This document shows positions 35,751 through 48,488 of a stretch of DNA of 64,000 bases, piece after piece. Source of the DNA: Eledone cirrhosa. Taxonomy: Eukaryota. The stretch's first letter is position 1; each line of letters begins with the position of its first letter. The DNA lies in the NCBI GenBank assembly GCA_964016885.1, contig OZ024741.1:127410001-127474000 (forward strand), written 5' to 3'. The notes beneath the pieces are model-generated. The model was not told the origin of the DNA, ran no database searches, and saw only the letters and a list, made by a program, of their open reading frames with translations. The translations under genes were made by a program, and so were the position numbers.

Positions 35751-37059
35751 AAATGACTAAAGCTGGCAACATTTATTTATTTTGATACTGTTTTTGAACT
35801 AACCACATTCAATTGCACTGATTCCCATGTTATCCATCAAAATCTCAACCACACACATACATATTTCACTACAATATTCCAGTTTCTCATGACATTAAAG
35901 AATGTAAAACAAGTGTTTAACATTTTCTGTAGCAGTACCTACTGAGTGTAATCTTGTCATTTGAAATAAGCATTTTTAAGCTCAGTAACGATTTCTGAAA
36001 ATGTACTCATGAATATTGGTTTCTAATTTAGGCACAAGACCAACGATTTTGTGGGGAAGGGAAAATTGATTAAATCAATCCCAGTGTGTTACTGGTTCTT
36101 TATTATATCAACCCCTCCCCCACTATAAGGATGAAAGACAAAGCTAACCTCAATGGTATTTGAAGTCAAAACGTAAAGGGACATAACTATGTGTTGCAAA
36201 CCATAGTATTCAATGCTCTACAGATACTGCCAATCCACCACCCTCATGTATAATATCACCCTGTTTTTGGCCTTACTTTTAGTTCAAAATTTCTCATATG
36301 ATCAGTCAAGTCTCTAACCATGACAAACCATCGCACTCTTGCCAGCATGGAAAGCAGACAAAACCACATTTAAAAATATATGGTACATTGTAATGTATAT
36401 AATTTAGTGTGGGGAGAAAGAATGTCGGTTATATTGGCCCCAGATCTTGACTGGTACTTTATTTTATTGGAAGGATGACAGACAGTCGACCTCGACAAAA
36501 TTCAAACTGAGAAAGTAAACAGCCAGAATAAATCTTCCTGAGAATTATATTAAGGGTGCATGTGTCTGTGGAATGTTCAGTGACTTACATGTTAATTTCC
36601 CAATTAGGCTGACTCATTGATTGATCCACTAAAACATACAATGTCGAAAATAACACTGTCATGCTAAATCTCACTGGGGAATTATATTAAGGGTGCACAT
36701 GTATGTTGAATGCTCAGTCACTAACACGTTAATTTCATGACCAGGCTGTCTCACTGACTGAACATCTGGAACACACAATGTTGAAAACGACGGAGGTCCA
36801 TTCAATATAATGAATAATGAAAACTTATAAATGGTTTATAAAAGAAACAAATCAATAAAAAAAAAAGAAAAGGAAAGTATTTTGTTGTTGTTGTGGAGAA
36901 TGTGTAGTGTTGCTAATAGCATTGGCAGATTAAGGTTGTATGAGACACTGGCTGAAGATTTCAATATTAATTTGGGGTCCTTTAAATATTGATGATAGGC
37001 AGTGATGCTCACTTGGCGCTCTTCCTCTTGCTTTGCCCTTCCAAAATTTTTGTTCACGT

Positions 37060-37930
37060 TGCCTGGAGCATCATGTCACTTCCATGTATATTACCTTGGT
37101 GAATTCAATGCCGCAATCTGATGCTGTGCAGAACTCATCTGCAATGTCAATTTCGACAGTGTGGACTGGCAACAAGTGAAGCTCCCAGAAAGTTTCAGTG
37201 GCCTTAGCCTCCGATTTGCTTTGGATCTGGCAATGCCGACTTACCTTTCCTCAATCTACTCTGGTCGCATCTTCGGCAGTAAAGTCCTCAGCAAGACAAC
37301 CAAACCTGACGTTGCCCCAGAACATTAGCAGGCTCTGGCTGACTGGATAGGTAATGGCTTCTCTGTTCCCCCAGTATACAAATGTCCAATGTAACTGGGA
37401 CTACATCAAGTGCAGATTTTCCTTTAGATGGATCGTGTCTGGCTTAGAACAACACCACCTTGCCTATCTCCAATCTGCTCTACAGCCAAACAGTGGTGCA
37501 TGGCTCAATTTGGTGCCCTTCTTAATAATGAGTGCACTCGCATCAGTGGCCCAAAGCTTTGGCCTCCATGTGTGAGCCACACAAACTCCGCAGTGGGGAT
37601 GTCGTGGATGAGTTTGGCCTGCACCCACTCTTATGCCCTTATCTGGGATGCCACATACTGTAACATGTTCTCTGCCACGAACACCTGTACTGCAGTTTGC
37701 AGCACAGAGGACAGCAAGACAAGCAAATACCAGGGCTTGTCTGGCTGCTTCCTCTTCACATCGGTCGCCTTCAAGATCTCAGGCGTCCTTGGACCCTGTA
37801 CTGCTGAGCTCCTTCATAAAATTGGATCATTAAGAGCCCGTCTGAGGAAGGAACCCTGCGAGTTGGGGTAGCTGTTGCAGCGAGTGTTGCTGGCCATTGT
37901 CCGCAGAACTGCCTTTGCAGTATATCCACA
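37060..37930 (+). pseudogene. Decayed CRE-like RLE non-LTR retrotransposon 3' portion
   Basis: Frameshifted peptides LQSALQPNSGAWLNLVP, WDATYC, and KTSKYQGLSGCFLFTSVAFKISGVLGPCTAELLHKIG resemble the RLE C-terminus of CRE-type elements. Confidence 0.6.
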
Positions 37931-38357
37931 GGGCACAGCCTAAACATCGCTCCACCCCAGAGCTTATCACCCTCTCCCTCCATTTTTTCTGTGGCCTCAT
38001 AGTCCTTCCTCGCTTTTACTTTCCTGTTCCTCTCATTTATGGCATTTATAGCCCTTTCTCCTACTTTCATATACAGTCAGATCTACTTTTCTTTACCACT
38101 GTTTGTTGCTTGGTTTTGTTTTTATTTAAAAAAAATTTTTCTTCATATTTCAATCACTATTTGTAATGTTATTTATACAACTGTGAATTGATTTATTAAA
38201 AATAAAATATATTTTTATTGGCAAAGTACTGAGGTCTAATCTTCCTCTATACCTCTTTCTCACTTTCTATTCTTACCTGGAAGAAATCTACTGTGTTTAG
38301 ACCTGGAGAAGAGATGGGCTCAATCAGGCTTAAAATGTTCTATGACTCCCTCAAAAG

Positions 38358-38633
38358 CAGAGGCATAAATAGGGTATGGCAAGCATGGCACGTGCCATGG
38401 GTGCCACTTAGACTAGGAGCACATTCTATTAAAGTCTAATAAGCCTCGTCGGAGAGTGAAAAAAAGGAACTCCTGATGTATGATCTGTCTCTGATTATCA
38501 TGTGAGAACACTATGTTGGCTGGATCATAAACCATTTATATAGATTATTAGGCCCATAGGTGAAAATATGTGCTGGGAAGGAGTGCAATGTCACTGCTTG
38601 CCAAAGGCGCTATTTTCTCTAGTTATGCCTCTA
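38358..38633. mobile_element. hAT-like MITE inserted into a SINE tail
   Basis: TIRs cagaggcataaatag / ctagttatgcctcta; flanks ctcaaaag / ttcaagag. The host SINE tail resumes with gagttacaggac, as in the uninterrupted copy at ~185-208. Confidence 0.6.
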
Positions 38634-40629
38634 TTCAAGAGTTACAGGACAATACCACACCATACCAAATATTGGAAGGGCAAGGGCTGACCGCTGCCCA
38701 GTGATCTGCACCTTATTCTTCCATTGCCTACTTTTTGTAGGGATTAACTATTATTATTTGTAACAACTCAGGACGGTGGATTGGCAGTATCGGTAGAGAG
38801 TCGAACACGATGCTTTGCAGCATAGAGTTATGGTCTGAGTTCAAATCCCGCCGAGGTTAACTTTGCCTTTCATTCTTACAGGGTCGATAAAATAAAGCAC
38901 CAGTAATGTACTGGGGTCAATTTAATCGCCTTTCCCGTCCTATCAAATTACTGGCTTTGAAATCATTATTTGTAGCAACTCTTACAGTATTGAATTCTTT
39001 AGACCATTTTTTGAGGTTAAATTTATGGGGTCGACTTTAACATGGATACTACTTTCAAGGGACAGATATTTACACTACAATTCTAAATTCTGTATCAATA
39101 AACTGAAACCCAAATGGACTTTAAATGAATAAAAATATAACAATTAATTACAGTAACAATTGTTTCTACTTTAGGCACAAAGATAGCAATTTGAAGGGAA
39201 AGGGAAAGTCGATTAAATCGACCCTAGTACGTTACTGGTATGTTAATTTATCAACACCATAAGGACGAAAGGCAAAGTTAACCTCGGCGCGATTTGAATT
39301 CAGAATGTAAAGGGACATAGCTATATGACACAAAGCATATTGGCCAACGCTCTACCGACAATCCATCTCCCTGATTTTCTTGCATATGATATTTGTTTCT
39401 ACTTTAGGCACAAGGCCAGCAATAAACCAGTTCATTACTGGTATGATATTGTTGCTGTTTCAGGTTGTTATCGTTCGCCTGACGATATCAGAGATCAGTT
39501 TTCAGGGCCCACCACGGGGATGTCGACAACATGGACACCACCAACCTGATAATAATTGTTTCTACTTTTGGCACAGGTCAGCAATTATCCCAGTGCATTA
39601 CTGGTGCTTTATTTTACCGACTCGGTAAGGATGAAAGGCTAAGTTAACTTCAGCGGGATTTGAACTGAGACCGTAAAGGGGACATAACTCTATGCTGCAA
39701 AGCATGGCGTCAAGTCTTCTACCGATACTGACCATTAAATCTACACTTTAAAACACATAAATAACATTGTGTAGCTCTTATAAATATTTCCACTTCCGTA
39801 CGAAAATTAAATTCATCGTAACATTTTATGTCCGGCATAATATCTTATTTCACAAATATTGAGCTGTTGTCCACGAGGAACTAGGGTCGATTTTCACATG
39901 AGAAAACATAGAAATAACTAAATCAGGCGGCTAAATATATTTAGTTCCGCCCATCTTACTTGTTAATAGTTAAAGGGAGACAATCCATCTATATTGTTGT
40001 ATTGAATTCTGAAATTTTAGGGAAACTATTTTTAGGGGAAGTCAACGTTACCTTTCATCATTTCGTAGTGAATAAGAAAATACCAGTCTAGTACTGGGTC
40101 GATTCTTCCTCTATATCTCTTTCTCTCCCTCATTCTCTATTCATCTTTGGAAGAAATTTGCTGTGTTCAGACCTGGAGAGAGATGGGCTCTACCAGGCTT
40201 AAATAGCCCAAGAAACGCCGTATGCCAGTATATTGCCCCTACAATTCTATCAGGAGTTACAGGACCATACCATTTTTTTAGCTTGTGGCGTCGAGACATT
40301 TGGTGGCGCTGGGCCACCAACAATGAGGTTCTAGTTATTGTTTGCGGCTCGCCTTTTATGAAAAATCAGGTGATGCTTGTGGTGAAGGTGCTTAACTATT
40401 CTCGTCCCTTATCCTTTGCATTCATTTTTTTTCTTTCAGTAAATTATTAATCTTTTGATAATTTATATAAATGAATCTACAAAAGTAAAACAAAAAGCAG
40501 GATAGTATTTATTTAACCGATACCAGTAAGATGAAATTAACTTCAGTAAAAAATATATTTAAAATGTAAGACAAAAAATAAACGGAAAATAACTCCACCA
40601 AAAATATATATTCAAGGTGTAGCGAAACG

Positions 40630-40729
40630 AAATAAACCGGAAGTAACCTCTGATACACCGTGTAATAACGTCACATGACGTTATATTTTCATTGGTCCAA
40701 TTCTCTCCTCAGCGCTGAAAAGAAGCACG
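40630..40729 (+). promoter_or_regulatory. Proximal promoter / 5' UTR of the d4/DPF gene
   Basis: ETS site ccggaagt (~40637), palindromic aacgtcacatgacgtt (CRE/E-box-like, ~40667-40682) and attggtccaat (inverted CCAAT pair, ~40691) directly upstream of the ATG at 40730. Confidence 0.7.
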
Positions 40730-40749
40730 ATGGCTGTCTATAGAAAATG
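40730..40749 (+). CDS. d4: d4/DPF exon 1 (MAVYRK+)
   Basis: ATG followed by donor TG|gtatgt in phase 2, matching the phase-2 acceptor at 47319. Confidence 0.7.
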
Positions 40750-41626
40750 GTATGTATTATTATTGCTACTACTATAGTCGCCTTTAATATACATCGTATT
40801 ATAACTTTTTTAAATGCGACTGGAAAATGTTAAACGTTAATCTTACCGCCCTATTTTAGATAGAATATAGAACAATGCAGCACTCGAAATATGCTGCTGA
40901 TGTTTTTTTTTCTCTGACTCATCATAAATGTTAATATATTTCGCTATGGAGGTTGACAAATTCGTTACAGTAACCTCACAAAATATATTTCAATATATCC
41001 CTCTATTTAGTTCCCTACCCACCTTTACCGTTTCAATTTAAATCCCTTGGTTTTTCTTTCATCTTCAGTCGACAAAATTAATAATACATGATTTTGAACC
41101 TCTTAAATCCGGCACCTCCCATTGTAGGTGGTTTTAAGCGTGATATATCATAAAAAAAAGACTTGTTCGGAAGTATTATTAGTTGTATTATTTAGTGTTT
41201 TCTCTAGCGATGTTCAATGAGAAGATATAAACGTATTTTGAAAAATTGAAACGTATAGCAGTGTTGTGTAAACGATAAAAAGTATATGATCTAGTATATA
41301 ACAATAATATAGGCGGCGAATTAGCAGGTAGAATCCTTTGCAGCATTTGTTTCTGCGCTCTAATCTTATGTTCCGCCGAGATCAACTTTGTTTTTATCCT
41401 TTCGAAATCAATTTTTAAAAAAATAGGATCAGAAATTGACTGTGTTCAGACAGGAAGAGGAGATGAGCTCGCCCGGGTTAAAAATGCTAAAGTATTGCCG
41501 CGGCTGATAATGTGTCTAAGACGCTGGAATAGCCAAGCACCCATGCAAGAAGCGTCACCTGATACTTGTTTAATTAGGGATTCTCCTAATAGATCAGTTT
41601 TTATTTTAAGCTTTGATAAGACACCA

Positions 41627-41692
41627 GTGTCTTATCTGTTTCAATGTTCAACATTATATATATAATGTTGAACATTGAAACGGATAAGACAC
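41627..41692. repeat. Loopless palindrome, 33-bp arms, one mismatch
   Basis: gtgtcttatctgtttcaatgttcaacattatat|atataatgttgaacattgaaacggataagacac. Confidence 0.9.
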
Positions 41693-41931
41693 GGTTTAAT
41701 AAATAGTAAGTTAATCCATTGTTTATACGATTGTGACTTATCGATAGCAATTATATAACTCCATACTATTAGCCTTGACAAAATACATCCTTTCTGCCGT
41801 CTATCCTTAGAAACAATGATTTGGGAATTTTATTAAAAAGATACAAACTACAGATTGAAGTGCACTAGAGACATTCAAACTAAGAGGGGATGGCCAAATA
41901 AATAATGAAAAGTTAAATAAATAAACAAATA

Positions 41932-42262
41932 ATCATCATCATTTCATTTTACGTCCGCTTTTCCCTGCTTGCAAGGGTGAGACGGGAACTGATTCTGGCT
42001 TGATTTCTACAGCTGGATGCCCTTCCTAACACCAACCTCATTAACAGTGAGTGCTGGGTGCTTTTTTGCCGTGGCAGCTCCACGACCACTTTGCAGTGGA
42101 ATGATAGGGAGCCCAGTCCCTGTCATCTCATTTCTACAGCTGAGTAAACTGGAGCAATGTGAAATAAAGTGTCTTGCTCAAGGAAACAACACATCGCCCG
42201 GTCTGAGAATTGAACTCACAACCTTTCGATTGCAAGGCCAAAGCTCTAACCACTAAGCCATA
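41932..42262 (-). mobile_element. tRNA-derived CORE-type SINE with RTE-derived 3' tail
   Basis: Head atggcttagtggttagag...gagttcaattctc, CORE-like ccttgagcaagacacttt, tail gttaggaagggcatccagctgtagaaatc...ggacgtaaaatgaaat(gat)n shared with RTE 3' UTRs. A near-identical partial copy lies at 34945-35200(+). Confidence 0.8.
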
Positions 42263-42399
42263 TAAAACCTTTTACACATACATGCATTTACGGCCTTTAA
42301 TCAAATAAAGAATTAAGTTGTAATAGGGTTATATGTCCAACCTTAATTGAGTATAGCATTAATGAATATATATAATAAATTTATATCTCTTAATATATA

Positions 42400-42615
42400 T
42401 AGGGTAAAGCTCCCCCCTTCGGTCGCGAATGACCACGGGTTTTGCACTTAGAATGTTCCCCTTGGGAACACATGTCCGCGCAAGTCGTTTTTGTGGAAGA
42501 CCAACGTAAAATAAAATGTCTTGTTCAAGGACACAGTGCACCACCTGGTCGGAGAATTGAAATCACAACCCCACGATTGTGAGCCTGACGCTCTAACCAC
42601 TTAGACACGCTCTCA
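42400..42615 (-). mobile_element. tRNA-derived SINE, second CORE-type family
   Basis: Head gcgtgtctaagtggttagagcgtcagg...tttcaattctcc, then gtccttgaacaagacatttt, and tail ...cccgtggtcattcgcgaccgaaggggggagctttaccc. Confidence 0.7.
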
Positions 42616-44317
42616 TACACATAGATAGATAGGGACTGCGTTTTAATAGGGGTGGGGGCTAACAGTCCGTATAACCATTCCGGCATTTGATATTCCAGCG
42701 AATACATTATCTAATCTGCACTCTCTTTTTTACAGACGGTAGTGTGTGGTTTGAAAGATTTGGCTGCTATTTTTAGCAGGTCTAGCGCTGCTCCGCCCCC
42801 TTTCTCGTTGGTGTATATTTATTTACTCGTCTGTTATTGCGACTCATTAACGCGCACTCGACACTTTTCTTCCTTGGGAACTACTTCACCCTCTTAAACT
42901 CATCCTCACACAGAATGTTTCGTCGAACTCGATGCCACCATGCGTTGATGTGTTGAATTCATGTTTGACAGCGCTAACTAGCATCAGGCAAAACTCCCAG
43001 TGAAATTCGGTGACCTCGGCCCCCGATCCATTTCTGACCCGGCACTGCCGGTATATCTCTTCCAGTCGAACCCTCATCAATGAGGTACTCCGCTCTACGG
43101 CGGAAACTGGAGTTAGTTCTGGCCGATTGGACCGAAAAGGCCTCGCCGTCCCTCCCAGTATACAGGTATCCAACGTCACTGGGACGAGATCAAGTGCTGG
43201 TCTACCCTCAAGCGAATCGAGTCTTCCTTGGACCAACACCGTCTCTAGTGCACTCGCATCGGAGAGGCCCAGCGCCTCGGCCACTTTTCTATTTGATAAA
43301 GAAATTGTGTTTTCTTTGACTGGTTTCTGTTTAATAATTGTTTCTACTTTTGGCACAAGGCTGCAGTCATGCCTTGTTTTTTCGATCATATCGACCCTAA
43401 TACTTACTATATCTCTTTTTTGTTGGGTGTAAATACACACACATATACATAACGAGCTTCTGCTGTTTGTATCAAATTCGAGTCTCCGAAGCTATAGTAG
43501 TAAAAATACTTGCCAACAGGGAGAACCCAGAATCAGGGTTAGATCGGCCCAGTGCATCATTAATACTTTATTTTATCAACTGCTTAATGATGAAAGGCAA
43601 AGATAAAATCGGCGGGATTTGAACTCAACGTAAAAGGGTGTAACTACATTCCGAAATGCATGTTGTTCGACGCTCTACCAATTCTGCCAATCTTCTGATA
43701 GTAGTCTTGAAATAATAAAATGTTTTAGATTAATTAAATTTACTACACTTTATGCATATTTATATAACAAAAATATTTAGTACCCTACGGCTTCAGTCAT
43801 ATACAGAGATTGTGACAAATCTGAAAAAAAACAAACAAACATTGAATAGTAAATAATTGGTGGGATTTTTTTTTTGTATATTATATATATCTAGTAATGA
43901 ACATTTTCTCTGTAATTTATTCAGTGTTGCAAATCTCTCTACATATATATATATTAATAATAAAGAGTGTCGTATATATTTGTGTGCACGCGTATATATG
44001 TATACTGTATTTTTTGTCCATCTTTTTTGAAAGGTGGCCATTTTGTTGTGTAGTCTTTTCCAAATTCTCTTTTAAATACTTGCGTTACAATATCTTTAAT
44101 GAGAGGCACATCACAGTTTTCAAATCAATTTGAAAAAAACATTAAAAATCCAGGGTATTTAGTAATACAATTAACTTTCTCATTATTAAACTGGTGTTTG
44201 GAGCATAACTTACGTAAAATCATAAATGGAGGGTTTTTAGAGAAATATAAACACTAACATTTCGCTCCTTCTCGTTCATTTAAATATTACAAACAAAGGA
44301 TCAGAATTGATCACACA

Positions 44318-44354
<37 letters not shown>

Positions 44355-44362
<8 letters not shown>

Positions 44363-44502
44363 AGATCAAAAGATGGTTAAAGGAGTTCCATATATTTTAT
44401 TATGCGCATTTCAAAAACAAACATCATCAAACAATAATGTTTTTGAAATGCGCATAATAAAATATATGGAACTCCTTTAACCATCTTTTGATCTTATATT
44501 AT
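44355..44502. repeat. Perfect inverted repeat, 65-bp arms, 18-nt loop
   Basis: 44355-44419 is the exact reverse complement of 44438-44502. Confidence 0.95.
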
Positions 44503-44588
44503 GCATACTCCAGTCCCACAAACTGTAGAGTGCTTCTTATCCGATATCTGCATTGCTTTATTGTACTACAATAAAACTCACCTCCTAC

Positions 44589-44624
<36 letters not shown>

Positions 44625-45723
44625 TCGCTGGTGTATTAAATAACGGTATCTTACTCAGCCTGCTAGAAATAATAGCAGCCAAATCTCCCGAAAATGATAC
44701 TATGGTCACGCGTATAGATGGGACTAGTTAAACCAATTGTTCAGCTTAGTACTCCATCAGAAAATAGTGTATATATTATTATTAGACAGTCTCATCTGTC
44801 AAGCCTAAACCTTTTCGGTGACGAAATATAACATTTTGATTTTAACGTCACATTTCGCCATTGAAACTTGACCGCAGGACATTTCTTCTATATATAATTT
44901 ACACGTATGTTTACATACTTGGGTGGTTTTTTATCACATATTTTTGGGGTTGGTGGGGGGTACAAGATAATTTATTCATTTCTTCAAATACTCGTTTTTG
45001 TTTCTAATCACGAGTTTTACATATCTGTTACTCCAATAATCTTTTAGATTCATCTTATCTAACATAATTATTTGTCTAAATGGAAATAGATATACTTATA
45101 ATCGCTTTTGCTTTCTCTTTCAAAATTAATTTGAACAGAATCATCGTCAAAATAAAATATATATATTTGAGTAAAAGTAGAATTTTTCAGACTACTTTTA
45201 AAGGTTGAATTTATAGGATCGGCTATTACATGTATATTACTTTTGAGGGGCTGAATCAAAATACTGTATCAAGTAGCAGATGCACAAATTATCTGTAAAC
45301 GAATTTTAAAAATCAACAATGGATTGCAGAGATAATGCCGATTTTTACGCATCAATTTAACATAGTCAAAACTTATATTAAAGAAATGGTGATACTTTGT
45401 ATCATACTAATAATAGTGTTTGTTTGATAATGTATTACTAACTTTAAGAAGTCTGAAATAATACACAAGCCGATAATATTCTTATACTGAAAAAAAAAAT
45501 TCCACATCGTAATATTTATGCCTGGGATAATACTGTGACTAGATTTAGACCTTGGGAGGCCCCTCATATAACACCATACACACATAAGCGGGAAGAAAGA
45601 GAGAACGATTCCTGTTCGGAGGGGAGCCCCCCGACATAAATCCAGCCCTAACTTTGACTTAGATAAATTTACAGAACACCTCCTCTCTCGTTTGATGGGA
45701 ATTTATTTCTTTTTTTCCTGTTA

Positions 45724-46136
45724 TTTCGTGTTTCCAACGACTTCAAATCCGTCGGAAAGCAACGATAAAATGGAATGTGTAAAACAATAACTTAGTTTTC
45801 TTGAATAAATTTCGTTTTGATGTGGATACTTTCGAGTTAACTAATTTATTTCGTGTTTTTAAAATGAGATTGGGCATTCTTCGTCTCAAGTCTACGTTAT
45901 TTAAACAATAACTTCGTTATTGTCCGTGCCGTAACTCGTTTATTTTTGCTATACAGATCATGTACAATCTCTATGATAGATGTGTTCGGCTCTTTCTCTA
46001 CATCAGTTTGCCGAACACACACACATATCCGCATCCTCGCTGCCCCAATCGTCCAATATTTCTCGTGCGTTACGGTTTACTAAACAATGAATAGCTACCA
46101 GCAGTTTTAAAAGTCATATTCGTTGGAAACACGAAA
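45724..46136. mobile_element. MITE-like element with 17-bp perfect terminal inverted repeats
   Basis: tttcgtgtttccaacga (45724-45740) / tcgttggaaacacgaaa (46120-46136); CpG-rich interior. Confidence 0.55.
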
Positions 46137-47318
46137 AACGCTGGGTAAAAGAAAACTGTACAAAATGTACTGAGTGTAATTTATGAAGGCACCATCACTA
46201 CCACTTATAGAGTGTACTGGCTGCATTTTATCATGGCATCAGCTCTAACACTTCATAGTATAACCAGGTGCATTTTATTGTGACAGCAGCACTAGAGGGG
46301 ATATAGTGACATTGGCATAACAAAGGGAGGCAGTAATGAGTGAGGGTATGTAAATATTTTTGATATCCTATGTCAACAAATGTATGTCATGCATTCCTAT
46401 TAGTAAATCTATTGTATTTGCTTGGATTTACCATGTTCACAAGAATGCTTTATGGTATTTGTTCTGGCTCTGTGCTCTAAGTTCAAATCTTGCCACTATC
46501 AACTTTGCCTTTTATTCTTTCACTGTTGATATGATAAAGTACCAGTCCTAAGTTGTGGATTTGCAGAATTGTTAAGAGTGACAGGCGAGATGCTTTGTGT
46601 TATCTGTTTCAACACTCTGCATTCTGGGTTTGCCTACAAATAACACGTGCCAAACTGTATTGGTCCTTTTGTCTTTCTATTGGACAACATTGGTAGCATA
46701 GTAAGAGCAGACATGCATGCATAGACAACTGCAATATCACTAGTGATAAGCTGCATCAGCCCTTGTCTTTCCCTTGAACAACATCATTGGTGGCATGGAA
46801 AGAATTGGCTTGCCTGCATGGACAACTGCAACATAACTAGTGTCAAGCTGTATCAGCCCTTGTCTTTCTTTTGAACAACATTGATGGCATGGAGAGAGCA
46901 TATTTTCAGGCATGGACAATTGCAGTTCTTCCACAAAAACAACCCTGCCCAGTCATGACCCTTGCATAGGAACTTTCCAGTAACTCCATGGTCATACAAG
47001 ATATACAGAGGCTTCAAATCAGATTCATCATCATTTAACGTTTGTTTCCTTGCTAGCAAAGGTTGGGTAAATCATCAGTACTTAACTGAAGCCACTGATC
47101 TTTCAGGCAGGTCAGGGGCTGACCTTGTTTACATACATTCTCAAATTCTGCAGGGTGCACCAGCATGAGGAAGGTTGGCATGCTCATGACATAACTATAG
47201 GCTCCTTTTTCTCTTTGATTTAAAATTAAAATATAATCATAAAAATTTGTATATGTTGCTGTAAGTGTTTTTACCAATATTGACAATGAATATGTTTTAT
47301 CCATCTTTTTATCCTCAG

Positions 47319-47482
47319 TATTGTCAGTGAACAATTTCTGAAAGAAGCTGCTGAACAAACTGCCAGTTTGAATACAAGAATATCTCTTGAGAGAAAAATG
47401 CGACAACCATTTCTGGATTCTCAAACAGGTGTGGCTCAGAACCACACCGCTCTCTGGCAGCAATATATAAACAGATGTCCTG
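47319..47482 (+). CDS. d4: d4/DPF exon 2, Requiem N-terminal (2/3) domain
   Basis: IVSEQFLKEAAEQTASLNTRISLERKMRQPFLDSQTGVAQNHTALWQQYINRCP contains the DPF signature PFLDSQTGVAQ; splice sites tcctcag / gtaagt. Confidence 0.93.
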
Positions 47483-48209
47483 GTAAGTTCTGTTTGAACC
47501 TTTTATTGGCTATATTACTAATGAAATATGCTCTCAGGAGTGGCTTATCAAAAGAACTCTTTAAAATGGATGACTTTGTCTCTTAGAACCAGTGATAGTT
47601 TTTAGTGGGTTGATATCAAAAGGCCTAAGAATTTGTTGTATATTTCAGTCATTAGAATTTTCTGGAATATTTCATACTACTCTTCAATATAGTTTAATTA
47701 AAAAAAATATAATTTTCTTGGGCTAGCACAGTGGCTCTATTTCTAACCTGGCATCAACAGACTCCTGAGATCTGCAAAGATAGCACAAGAGTTCTGTGAG
47801 CTAAGTTTGATAAAACATAATATATCCACACAGTTAGCATCACCAAAATTTTTTTTTAAATCCTGGAGGATTATTTTATTTAAAATGTCATATTGATCTT
47901 TGGTGGTTGTTTCTAATTAGTGAAGGTAGTGATTAGAGAATTGGATTCACAATTGTAAGGTTGTGAGTTTTATTCCTGGACTGGGCAATGCATTATGTCC
48001 TTGAAGAAGACACTTTATTTCACATTGCTCCTTCTGCCAGGATTGTGACCAGTAGATAGTATCAACAATGAAAAGACAATGGAAACATTGTTTCCTTGGT
48101 CAGATTTGACGAGTTTGTATCACTATGTAAGCAAATGGGGTGTGGAATCTTGTCAATCAATTCCCTAAGAGTTTCTAATTTTAATATTGCATCTTTTTCT
48201 GAACCCTAG

Positions 48210-48329
48210 GTGAAAATCAGGGCCAACTGTATTCCTATCCTGCAAGAAGATGGAAGAAAAGAAAGAGGGCCTTTTTCCCCACTGAAGTCAGGATGGCTCG
48301 TGCTGGTGATATTGAAACTGGAGAAGCAG
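48210..48329 (+). CDS. d4: d4/DPF exon 3
   Basis: GENQGQLYSYPARRWKKRKRA matches the DPF motif GQLYSYPARRWRKKRRA; splice sites ccctag / gtatga, phase 1-1. Confidence 0.93.
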
Positions 48330-48488
48330 GTATGATAATTAGATTTACTTCATTACTACCAACGCTTAACACTGGGAATTAATTGACATTAATCAATGCT
48401 TTTATTATGTCTTTCTCTTCCTCATCTGCTTTTTACAACTCTTCTCCAACCTCATATCTAACTTTTTTTACAAATTAATACTTTAGAT

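Noticed and set aside
38980-39960. Possible pogo/Tigger-like terminal motifs (gggtcgactt..., gggtcgattttcac) or a second promoter
   Set aside because: Too degenerate and broken by SINE insertions to define ends or function.
42200-42262. tRNA-like sequences with A and B boxes (also 31715, 38772, 54280, 56353)
   Set aside because: They are SINE heads continuing into core and tail modules; no complete cloverleaf.
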